DNA of 64,000 nt, from positions 269,827 through 333,826 of the forward strand of contig NMRA01000401.1 of assembly GCA_002633005.1 (NCBI GenBank), written 5' to 3'. Below the pieces are notes generated by a model. The model had not been told where the DNA came from. It searched no databases and was given only the letters and a program-made list of their open reading frames with translations. This document shows positions 36,143 through 48,105 of the stretch, piece by piece. The stretch comes from Phoronis australis (Eukaryota; Animalia; Phoronida). A program made the position numbers and the translations under genes. The stretch's first letter is position 1. Each line of letters begins with the position of its first letter.

Positions 36143-39100
36143 AACTGTGGACGAACGGATAGATATTTACATTGCAAACAGTTTCACTGTCTTCGTTTTT
36201 ATGATATCCTCTGACATAAGAATCAAACATACCATGGTGAAACGTTAAGTTATATGACTCGAGTCAAAGTTCAAATTAATCTTAAAGCTGAGATTTATCT
36301 TCAGATGTTAAGACCTGGCAGAACTTCAGCGTCCCTGCCTATTCACCTCTGCTGGTACCAGTCATGTGTCTAGCCATGGTTTATGCTAATCAGACAGGAA
36401 TACCGCGACTTATCCACTTTTATCGCTAAGGTTCTGCGCTGTAAGTGGCGTTGATAAAACGGCCTGCGACTGACTTGATGCCCGGTCGTTTATAGCTCCA
36501 GGCTGAAGTGACATTCGATGTTGTTTGATAACCTATGCTTGTCAGAGTGACACGCAGAAATGCGTTGGGGTATAAGCAAACGGAGTCACGATCGTGAACT
36601 TCAGCCGTGGATGGTGATCGTTAAGTACAGGATGTTTTGAGCAAAGAACATCGGGGAAAATACAAAAGCACCGCGGTTAGAAGAACGGAAACATTGAACT
36701 GACATTTGGCTAAGGATGCGTCAGACTCAAAAAGTATATCATTAAAACATGTAATACTGAACTGTGTATTTAGACTACAGTCGCAGGCCTTCACTTTCAG
36801 AATTGCACGCAGAGCTCGGTTTAGGTCACCGTAGAAACCAACAACGTGAAAGCAACACTCAAATAACATTTATTCGTCATTCTAGAAATAAGATAACTTA
36901 CCAAATATGTCTGTTGCTTCAAATATACTATGCGCTATTATATAAATATTCCGTAAATAAGATAGCTAATCGTATTAAATTAGACGTGAACATAACATAA
37001 ATATTTCCAACAATGTGTATTATCCACTGAACAGGATTTTCTCGTGAATATTAAGTGTTATAAAACTGAATCGACAGACGACGGTGGTATGACAAAAACT
37101 AAATACTGTCAAGTATTTAACATTGTGAAACATGCTTAGAATTCGAGATTACGATAAAATCCCCACGTACTTAGTTTTTTAATAACCATGCAAAAACAAT
37201 TTTAATTTTGATATCGCATTTACTGCCAGATTTTTCACCAAAATTCAGAGCAATCGTCCGGTTCCATTATTTTCGAATTAAATCAAAGTTTAACCTATTC
37301 ACCTTTGAAAGCAATTGCTAAAACGTCGTGTGCTCTTATACTGGTGGGAGCTGATTACAGCCGGACGGGGGAGGTCCTTATTTTGGTTTCTATATTGCTG
37401 CTGTATAGCGACAAATAACCAATTGTGGCGAGGCAATTGTATATTGAAGCAATAAACATTGGCTACATGGCAGGATAATAGAGGTATTCAAATGAGTATT
37501 TGGGTTTGTGCGCAACGTTATGAATTGATTTCCGAATACAACAGAGTATCTTTGGGTAAATATATTGTCGTCACGTGCACTTAAATATTGACTTGCTTTT
37601 AAAGGATCAGAGAAGGGTCCTGTGATTACAGCGAAATTCGACGTGACAGCGTGACCCAGTATGGGGCCCACACAAGTCTGCGCTCGTTAGTTGTCCGAGG
37701 CCTACGTGAACACTCACATGTATCTATCGCAAAAATTAAAAGTCATCATCAACCAATAACATTTGGTTTTGTGTGTTAAAAAATTGAGAACGATGCCGAT
37801 TTCAGGAATGATAGACGAATTTTAAAGTTGGTGGACCCGAGTTTAAACAAGAATGCGGCTAGAATTAAAGATCAAAGGGAACTTGTCATCGAAACCAATC
37901 GTGACGAAAATTCCCAAGTTGCCTGTCCATGTAATCTTTCAGTTAACAATACTCGCTGAAAACTTTAATCGGCGTCCCCAAAAATCAAATACCAACGACT
38001 TCAACTTGGATCCGCTGAGCGTATGCGTGTATTTTTCCCCTCATTTCATCGCCTTTCGACCGCCAGCTGGCGGTGTTGGCGACGCAATGTGAACAAAAAG
38101 TGGACGACATCACTTGGACTGAGTGAGTTAACAATGAGAAAAACGACGAACGAAAAAGCGTTGTTCAAGAAAAAAGACAGGCCAAGGATATGCTCATTAG
38201 GTTAGTCATATGGTGGGATAAACGTACAGCTAACTAATATTTTTTGTTAAGGTTTTATATTGGACCAGGAAGTTCACCAATTAAGAACAACCAATTACTG
38301 ATATTTACACAAGGTACAACATACAATCAGTAGAATGCAAAGCTCTTGAGAAAGTCGAATCTTTATCTCAGTACGCGAGCTGATTAGATGAAGAAGTTGA
38401 AGAAATCAAAAATGCTGTATTTGTTTATGTTCGTCGCATTCCGTAGTGGGATACACAGGTAATAACGTGGAACACCTCACAGTGAACATTTATTAGCCGT
38501 GATCGTAAGACGGTCTACTTTCGTCAAAAATATGTGTTTGTTGAAAAAATCATAATTTTGTGAAACTCACAAAGAGGACTGTTTCATGACAGAAATTTGA
38601 TTTTAAGCTTCCACAATTGCTAATTGCTGAAATAAGGTTTAGCCAAGGAATTATGAGAACATTAGTATAGAAATGTTTTATATCTGTTATCTCAATAACT
38701 AGATGTTCTCAGAATATTCTCAAAGGCTTTGTACATTTATTTTGCTCAAGTGAGATTTAATTATTTTTCATAAATAATTGTGTGGAGCGTAACATCCAAT
38801 ATCTTACTTAAGTCCACGTCCGTTTTCATGACACAGGCGCCTTGGTTCGATTTGGCGACTTGAGATTTTGTTTGGCGACGTCGTAAATATTTAAGTCACC
38901 ACGAAGTCGTAACGCACACACTACAGGACGAAAACGGACGGGAGAGAAAACTGTCCAGCTAAAACCGGAAGGGCGCGAGCATGACTCATGCGCAGACGTG
39001 TCCTGAAGGGCTATTATGCCGGAGGTGTGGTTACCGAACTGTTGATACATCCCTAATTTTCTACTCAATGGTGGCCATTTGCTCCGGACTCAATTGATTT

Positions 39101-39184
39101 CTTCAGTTCAGATGTCCAGTTTTCTTATTTTCGACTGTTGCCAACTATGCCTTCTTTGTGGAGGCCATTAGCCGGTTGCATGAA

Positions 39185-39271
39185 CATGGGCGGCGCAGCA
39201 CTTAAAAAAGTGGGGGGACTAAAGCCCCTCAGCCCCCCTGTGGTGCACTGCTTATAGACCACGTGCGGCGC
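39185..39271. mobile_element. MITE family A, truncated
   Basis: CATGGGCGGCGCAGCACT...AAAAGTGGGGG...CCCTGTGGTGCAC aligns with 5189-5270. Confidence 0.7.
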
Positions 39272-39489
39272 TCATAATAAAACAGTAAACCTTTAATTCA
39301 GGGGCGTTGCATAAAAAAGTACCTATTTAATTGACGATTAGGGGAACATAATTGAGTCCCTGTTGGAAGCGGCTACAGGACACCCGCATTTGGGCTTTGG
39401 CCGATATTGGCGAACTCAATTAACATTTGTTGACCTGGGGAACTTTGCCAGGTCACTAAACGACGAGTCCCAAACATTGGCCTAGTTTG

Positions 39490-39770
39490 ATGAATGTTTT
39501 GAGTCATCCAGTTGAGTAAATAATATGAAAAATAAACCAATTACTGGACTTACGGATTGAGTTAGCTACGTCCTCATCACGAGGACTTCGGCAGGCCACT
39601 GTGATGTCACGTGACTCACCAGTGGCTTTCCAAAGTCCTCGAGATGAGGACGCAACGTAGCCAAAGATGGGATATAGTATCTTTGACGTAGCTAACTCAA
39701 TTCTTAAGCCCAGTAATTCACTTATTTTTCATATTATTTTGCCTAGTTTGGATTCCAAACAATTCAAGAC
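39490..39770. mobile_element. Nested-palindrome MITE
   Basis: Outer ~55-bp inverted repeat (AAATAATATGAAAAATAA..ATTGAGTTAGCTACGTC) enclosing two further hairpins. Confidence 0.8.
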
Positions 39771-40704
39771 CAGCCTAAAATGGTAGAACACAAGGATTCT
39801 GCAACTTTAACTGTAATGAAACCTAAAGCTACATTTCGCCGTTTAGATGACTAAAAACGAAAACTGAACTGAGTCTTTTACCTTCATAAAATTCGTCTCG
39901 TGATATTCGTAACCATAATATAACTATATTTCCGTTAAAAAACTCAAGTCAAAGGCAATGAGCACATGCGCCGTTTTCGATTTTGCAATTTTAGGGTTGA
40001 CAAAGTCGACCGGCCCAATAAACTCTTAAACGTGTTCTGGAGTTGCTGATCGTTCTTGTTGGTAACGGAAATAAGAATGTGAATATTAAGAAACCGATTT
40101 CATGAGAGGTATAGTCCTATTTCGCATTTGTTATTTCGTCAACAAATCAGGGCGAAATTCAACATCAAACAAGGCACCACGTACAGAAAAATAAACTTTC
40201 TCAACGTGTTTCAGGAAGAACAACTTAGGCTACAGACTATTTTCGTCTCACTTCAGCAGAGTACACAGTCATTGCACAAATGGAGGTCAATCAGATAATT
40301 CATGTAATCTATTGCTAAACTGTGACGTGCTAACAATTGCATTTCAAAACTGAACTTTATACAGTTACAGGCTACCCGAACAACACAGTTGCCGCAATCA
40401 AAAGCGTATTCCCGTTAAGCACGGAACTGCAAACACTCACTAACGCGGCTCACCGCCAAAACATGGTGCTGGATCCATAAAACACGGCTTACGAACTTGT
40501 GCTCGGACTCGACAACATTGCTCACAGACATAACAAGCAGTTACAGGGGACGGGCATGGAGTCAGTGAGTCTCGTTTGTCATGCTGGGACACGAGTTTTT
40601 GGACGTGCGCGTTCGGGTTCTTCATCGTAATATTGCGGGCCGTGAGCGTATGTACAAGTCGGTGAACTGACATTATAAGCCTTGTTCGTAAGTGAGTGGA
40701 AGTC

Positions 40705-41530
40705 TTCGGCTTTAGGTCTCTACTCCGAAAGGCCTTTGAGAATCTTTTGAGATTCTCAAAGGCCTTCAGACATAAAAGTTACTCCACGACTATATGCTTC
40801 AACGAAATGGCTACTTGTGTTTTTGGAACATTTTATGGTATTATCGACCATTTACATCATGCCAACATCGTTGTATGAAACTGTATATGCCTGTGCTTTG
40901 CCCATCGCACAGCTTTCCGACAAGGCAGGGCATGCATCGTCAATAAATACGCGTCTTCAAAAAACGCATTTACAAACACTAATCGCTAACAAAGTTTTTC
41001 GAGGATTTCTTGATAAAAACGTTACCAAGATGTATATTGAGACGAGTGACCGTTTGCAGAATTGTCATGATCAGAACTTGGCGAATTTCTTTCTAACACT
41101 CTCTTAGAAAACAAATTAGTGTTAAAGGCCCAATAGTTTCATGTCTGGAAACCAGTGTTTTCGTTCATATTTCGGGGAGGAACTCATCGTTTTGTTTTTT
41201 AATTGTCAAACCGTACAACGAATGGAGTTTATTGGTCGTTTCAACGGAGAAATTCAACACTTCTACATCGATTTATCCGGGTGCTTTTTTAAATGCCTGA
41301 TATATCATGGTATTCTTGTTGCATATTCAGATTACAGACTGTTCGGAATATAGGCCTTCGTTGTACAGGCCTTCAGTGTAAGGACGCTTTGGAGTACACA
41401 GCAAGGAAAACGGAACTCGTAACCATGTCATTTCCGTGTAAAGGACTTTCAGGGTGTACGCCCTGAAGGGTCGATTCTCCAAAAAGGATACTCGGAGTAA
41501 TTAGCCTTCGGAGCAGCAACCCGAATCCGA
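40705..41530. mobile_element. Second foldback-type element with TCCGAA/TTCGGA and AGGCCTTC repeats
   Basis: Repeated motifs cluster at both ends; boundaries approximate. Confidence 0.5.
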
Positions 41531-41804
41531 GTCATGAAACAAAACGAAACAATAAATTAAGAATCACGTTTTCTTATTCAGTAATGGCAGCAACTTAAAA
41601 GATGTCGTGAAGAATATGTAAAAGATCTTTATTGGGGACGAAAAAAACAACAAGAATGATATATATTTTAAGTGGTATTGAGAATTTCAGGGTCACAACT
41701 CTACAAATAAATATTTCACAGAAGGAACCAGATGGGTTCCTTAATTACAAGAGATAAGACACATATTTAAGATACCCAATGTAAATTGAGAGGCACAGGT
41801 TAGC

Positions 41805-41955
41805 ATAGTGCCAAATGGGTACATACTATTAAATGGGAATTGACCGATTGCCTACCAAGTGGGTCGAGCAAAACGGAAAATTCAATAACAAGTACCAAAT
41901 GGGTACAAACTGCCAAATAGGCACATATCATAAAGTACCAAGTGGGTACACCAAA
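41805..41955. repeat. Cluster of CCAARTGGGTAC short repeats (transposon subterminal-like)
   Basis: About five imperfect copies in 150 bp. Confidence 0.5.
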
Positions 41956-43670
41956 CAGCTATAACAACCTGCAAAGCAGGTTCCGGACAAGCTGAGTGAG
42001 CAGACCAGCCGGAGTGATAAAAAGAGATAAAGATCTTTGTGTGTATAGAACTTGCGAAACGAAGATGAATCAAAAATAACAGAGATAAACCGATTATCTC
42101 AAATGATAATCAATGATCCTACATGTCTCATAGCTGAGCTGACATATTGTTGCAGCGTAATTCCCAATGAAAGAATTGAAAAGAAAAACATTTATTTTCA
42201 TTTATTTATGAAAGCAGATACAGCTGTCGTCTCGTTCCACTTACCGTTAAAACATGAATTCAGGAATTTTCTTCGTTAAGTCTGTCAAAGTGGGCTTAAA
42301 ATTCGCTTTACAGTATCAGGTTTAAATGGAAGCGCTCACCGTTAGTAGCTGCCCCATCCCGGTGATTTTCTGAGCAGTTTTCGACTCTTAAATACTAATA
42401 CTGAGTGGATACCAAAATAAAGTCGCGCTATTAAAGTAAAAAATATGTCAAAATCGAATTTGTCGGGGTAATTGGCCGCGTTTAGATTATGGCTTTCGTA
42501 CATTAGCAAACAGCGGAAAATGCACGTTTAAGTAAATCCTCTAAACAATTCAATTTTCTGTGCCACTGTCTGTTGTACAGCACCGTGGTATATTTGATAA
42601 TGCGCAACAGATAATGCAATAATAATGAATAAGTTATAAAAGTAAACATTTGTTTAATTAAGGTCGTATCAGAAATATTTGTAGCGACCGATGGCCGGCA
42701 ATAATATAAATCTTACCACCTGCATCTACTCCAGTTTGAAAACTGATTCTAATGAATGAGTTTGACTTGCAAGTCTTCATTCCATTTGATCACCCTGAAG
42801 TCAAATCTCACCACCTAAAACGCAAATTATGAATCAGGTTACACGTCCATCTGTGACGTCACCGGGTGTTCACGAGCCGATAACCGTCCTACAATGCATT
42901 TGAAAAAATGACAGCAGCGTCGTAGACAAAACCACCCGAATTACACCCCTGAAGTTATTTGTGTGTTTTACAGAAAAATTGTTTAAGAACACAAACGGCG
43001 AAATTGCACGTCATTCAACTGTGGCGGCGATTTTGTTAGTACAACACCAGGAATTATGAAAGAAACTGAAAAATTATGTGTCGCATTTTATAAGAATTAA
43101 ACGTCATATTCAAAGGGCACCATCTGCGCATCAATTTTGACAAAAATGGTTGGCACGAACTGTTGTCAGGATGGTGTATGAATAATAGTGAAAATGAAGC
43201 GGAAACAGGGTATTTAAAAAGTTGTTCGGGCATTTCAGATTTCACGAATCATCGACAAAACCCAGTCATCCAATACAATTTATCAAGATCCTTGTTTAAT
43301 CATAAATTAAGACGCTGATAATAACACACAACAACTATCGTTCAACTGCCTTCAGTGCACACAGTTGACAAAATATGCATCGAGTTGAACAACAATGACA
43401 AAGCACTATCGCATGTCCTATCACGAATACTGAACAATGCAGCTGACGTCACGCAATAGTAAATGATTATCCAGTGGAAAAATTGAAGTTTTATGCAACC
43501 CATCCATTGATACGTCGCACATCCCCAGCAATTGAGATAAACTCGCGTTCCGTCCAAGAAGGAAACTTGGATTCCCTTAGCTCCATAAGATCTCCACTAT
43601 TTCCTTAGACCGGACTCGGATGAGAAGTGATTTCTGGGTTTACAAAAATCTGACAGTTCGTTATTCCTTG

Positions 43671-43830
43671 AAACCAGCCTCCCGTTCAGTAACGCTAGGA
43701 GCTCGCTAAAAAGCACGACTTTGCGAGATTGCGTGAGATTTTGCAGTGTATCTTAAATGAGAGCACGTGACTTTGACTAGATTAGCTAGGTCCTAGCGTG
43801 GGTCCCAGTGTTACTGAACACACGCCCGGA
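43671..43830 (+). mobile_element. MITE family H (GTTCAGTAAC / GTTACTGAAC inverted ends; possibly Harbinger-like)
   Basis: Related copies at 20374-20500, 16905-17035 (inverted) and 2762-2840 (partial). The superfamily is a guess. Confidence 0.7.
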
Positions 43831-44260
43831 ACTACGCTCGGCACATAAAACGACACACCGTGAACTTATAGAACTTGATCTCGAGCAATAATAACGAACC
43901 GTCAGATCTTTCAAAGCCCTAAAATCGTCTCCATATTGTCTGAGGAACACTTTTCTAACGGTAAGTGGCCTCAGTAAATCAAAGTTGACTTTTGTGATGG
44001 AAGGCTGGTTTCAAGCCGCTTTAAATACGACGAGTACCCCAGTTGAGCCTAACGGGAAACGTGTACCACGGCTACCAAAATCAGACAGCATATCACCGCC
44101 ATGCTGACGTTGGGGTGATCATTATCGCATTAAGAATCATTATATAGCTCTTAGGCAATATTAGGTATTCAGTGTTTTTATTTCTTCAATTAACTTCTGG
44201 TGATATCAACAAAAACCAAACTACCGCCCCTTAGACAAAACATTGGTGAACGCGAATGCA

Positions 44261-44848
44261 CAGGGTGAGTAAAAAATTACACTTTGTCGTTCTTCACTCC
44301 AACTCACCAACAAGAAGAACTACATTCACAAAATTTGGTAAAAAATGTATTTTCAATCATTTTTTCGAGACGCAAAAAAAATTCACGTCTGGATTTTCTG
44401 AAGCATGCAAGTGCTGTGAATTTTCCGCCAAAACTCCTGAAACTATGACCACGCGCTTCCCGGCCGTAAACAACACTGTGCTTCAGATGAGTGGAGGCAT
44501 CCTGGTAAAGTTACGGTGTCGGGACTATCGCCTCTTCGAAGATCTCATGCAGTAAGTCTAGATAGAAGTAAGGTATTGTTTGTCTTTTTAGTAACCGGAT
44601 GAATACAAATGACTTGAAACAATTTACGTTTACTGTCCCTTTGAGTTTTGCGGCGTGTAAACCGTATAAAAATTTTAGTTTTCTGTAACTCCAATCGGCC
44701 TCGCGCTTAAGTGTTAGAAAAGTTATAATATTGAGTATTCTTAGTCGGCTAAGCTTAGGTAGATTCGTATCATATGTCGTCATCCCTCCGCGTTAGTGAG
44801 CTAAATGAAACACAGGACATAAGAGAGTCACATTTTTGACTCACCTCA
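44261..44848. mobile_element. Tc1/mariner-like non-autonomous element
   Basis: CAGGGTGAGTAAAAAA ... TTTTTGACTCACCTCA followed by TA. Confidence 0.55.
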
Positions 44849-45656
44849 TATATCATCATTTGTGAGATAGCAGGACAGCGAGGGGGCGAGAGGGTCACGC
44901 CATATGAGACGCCGCTTTTTCATACATGGTTTTCTCTCAAACAATATTTCAAAAATAATGATATTCACTGTGACATTTTTTATGCGCATACCGGCGATCT
45001 CTACTTTCCCACGGTCCAGATCAAGTCAACAACTCGTGAACGTACTGTAAAAATGAGCAAACAGGATTTTTCATTTCAGAAGTTTAATTTAATTTAAAAA
45101 ATGTGAAGCAGTGTCTTGTGTTTTGATTCAGGTGTTTTACCTGTTTATAAATTATCTTGCTAACGTTGGAGACTGCATCGACGTCGTCGTCATCACCAAA
45201 AGTAATTTTAAACATAATTTATATCTCACTTGACCTTGATTTTTTCCTTCAAATATTCTTTGGCGTTGGATATCAATTTTTTTGCTAAATATTAGCAAAA
45301 ACGAATTAAACACTTTCTATGTACCTAGGTAAGTAATCGTTGAGATGGACACCTTAAAGGAGGAGCCTTACCTAAGTTTATAACGGCCAGCGTTTTTAGA
45401 AGGAGCTTCCTTGAAAAATTCGCCTTTGCGTAGGGATTTGTTCCGCAAACCTAATCTTTTCGTACGTCCCTGGCCTCCGAATGTCCACCCATTGCGTCTG
45501 AGTTGTCAAGTTGTAAAAACGAACAAATATTTTGTTTTAACAAGTTGTATAAATAAAAAAATATCGTGTCGACCGGAAGATGAAAAAACTGTGGCCCGTA
45601 CGACAGGATGGTGTGAAAAAACTTAGGGTGGGGACGAAATTGTGAGCGACACGTCC

Positions 45657-45713
45657 CATATACATATACATGTACATATGCATTTACATATACATATACA
45701 TATATATATATAT
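45657..45713. repeat. (TACATA)n/(TA)n microsatellite
   Basis: Direct reading. Confidence 0.9.
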
Positions 45714-47308
45714 CCCATCTGTGGGAGTAGACCTCTTCTCGTTTAAGTAATCAATGATCTCAATTCTTGTCAATGTTTAACGCGTGTAATTAAGAACGCC
45801 AACACGCCGTATTGGAAAAACAAAACAAACCATTTCACCCCAACACGTGAATCAAAACAATGGTGTTGTAAAGGACAACGCCTGAATTTCGGAAAAGAAT
45901 AAACCAATAAACATTTCACTTTATTACAGTACCTTGGCCAAAGATACGTCACGCTGGAAACACATTTTTCGATGACCTTTACTCTACGACTTCACTCATA
46001 TCTATTTACATTCGTTGTATTTTATTCACTTTGTTCGTGGAACCAATCGTATGTCTTATCTAGATGACAAGGCGGAACCAGCTAAGTGAATTGAGTACAG
46101 CCATTGGCAACACTTAATTGACTTCTCCGGTTCCGTTGGATCAATCGGCTACGACACCTGATTGGCCTAAAAGCCCGGAGTCGCCATCAAGAACCAATCA
46201 GAAGTCTTAGGCTTTTGACCCGGCGGGACGGTGACGTCAATCAAGTGCAGTCACCATGTCTCCAAAAACTGTAAGATGGCTCTTTTTACTGTCTATCCCA
46301 AGTACGTGCCGGACGGCACCTCGCTCCTAAGCCTAATTGTATATCGACATCAATATAATCCCTTCCTCTGACCCGCGACGGCTGGGGCCGTGAGAACCGC
46401 CGATCGACGCTTTATTGAACTCAAGTATATAATTTCGTCATTTTCATAGTAAATCAGAAACGTGTACCGTTTTATTGAAAGTATGTCTTGAACTGGCTCA
46501 GATTAAATAAACCCCATTCATCACTTAGTTTTCCAGTCCTAACGTGTAATTTATTTCTGGGCCGTGTCTTGTCATGCGTTAAGATAGAGCTGGGAGCAAT
46601 ATATTGTTATTTTGAAAATGTAAATCACACAAATACAACATTATCACCAGAACGAAAACATAACGTGACACTGCGAAAAGAGCTTACAAAACAATATGCT
46701 GTAGCAAGACGGCATTGCATAAAGTAAATTGTACTTGATTGTACCAATGTCAGTGACAACGGTCACCTGGGAATGTTGCGGGACATATACATTGCAGCGG
46801 CAAAAGGATATACGCCGACAACATCGTTTTCTTACACTCTCGCGCGAAAACTCCACATCTACGGAAGTTGTAACGAACTCGCAACTTTTATTAAAACGCA
46901 CAATTGCAAAACTACTACAAAGGAAAACATTCATATTACCATGATACATTCCTGTGCAGCTTCATAGATTTGAAAAATATATAGTTTCATTGCTTGACAA
47001 TCGGTACATGAAAAGATATTGTCAAATATTATATTTCTGCAATTTAAGGTGACATTTCTTCGAATATTCTTAAAACAAAGTTTATTTAATTCTAAGAACT
47101 ATGATCCTTCATTACCTTGGACACCTTACAAGTGACATCTACCAATTGAATCAGACGAAAAAAAATTGGATTCCACAACTCTCATAATACTCCTGATTGT
47201 TTATGAATACAGGAATTGACAAAAATTAATGATGCGGGTATTTAAGTCAAAATAACATAGAACATTTCAGTACAAAATACTGCTTATTCTGTCGCCAACA
47301 GTCACATG

Positions 47309-47380
47309 GATCCAGAATTTTGAGAACCAGTTTGATGCTTGTTATTCAGTGGAAAAAATGGTTCTCAAAATGCGGGATCC
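47309..47380. repeat. Palindromic element family P, loop inverted
   Basis: ATTTTGAGAACCA ... TGGTTCTCAAAAT. Confidence 0.75.
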
Positions 47381-47962
47381 TGTAAGTGACTACTACTTAT
47401 CTGTCAATGATGAAAGACAACAAGTAAATCCCAAGGATGCACCTTATTTTATTACCACCCTCTTATAATTTTGTTTTATCATAAGCTTTATTTTGATTTG
47501 TAATATTTGGTAAGTTCACTAACTGAAGCGTCAGGCGAAACACACTTGCACTGCATTGAAGATGGCCAGAAATCTACAGGTCTCCATTCCTCCCAGCCAA
47601 ATTTAGTAAACATCTGGCAGTCTTGGTTTAACTTAAACTGGCACACAGCCTGCGCTGGATGTGTTGAAAATAAAAATTATGACTTCTCAATGTACATATA
47701 CTTCATTTGCCTTACTTTATAAGACTTAAAACAATGGATATCTGGAAATCTAGATCTATATAGCCATATAGCGCTTAAAGATAAAGATTCCATCACTGTT
47801 AAACTTTATTGATAAAATATATTTCGCTGCCAAGGCCTGTAAAAATAAAGCTTCTGATCTCTGAATTTTTAAAATACCTGGTACCAATTTTTTGTTTAGA
47901 TCTCGATTCATACATAAAGAAATGTAAGCCATTTGTCAATGGATTTTTTATTCAGACCATCA

Positions 47963-48105
47963 CAGTGGCGGATATGGTCTGGCAAGGGAGGCAGGCCCCC
48001 CCTAAAATTCTTCCAGATTCCATTTCACGCTTGGTGGGGTGCGAATGTCTCACGGGCAAAATCCTGGCTAATACTCTGCCCCGGCCCCCCAACTCAAAAT
48101 TGGAA
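47963..48105 (-). mobile_element. MITE family B, inverted
   Basis: Reverse complement of the family B core. Confidence 0.8.
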
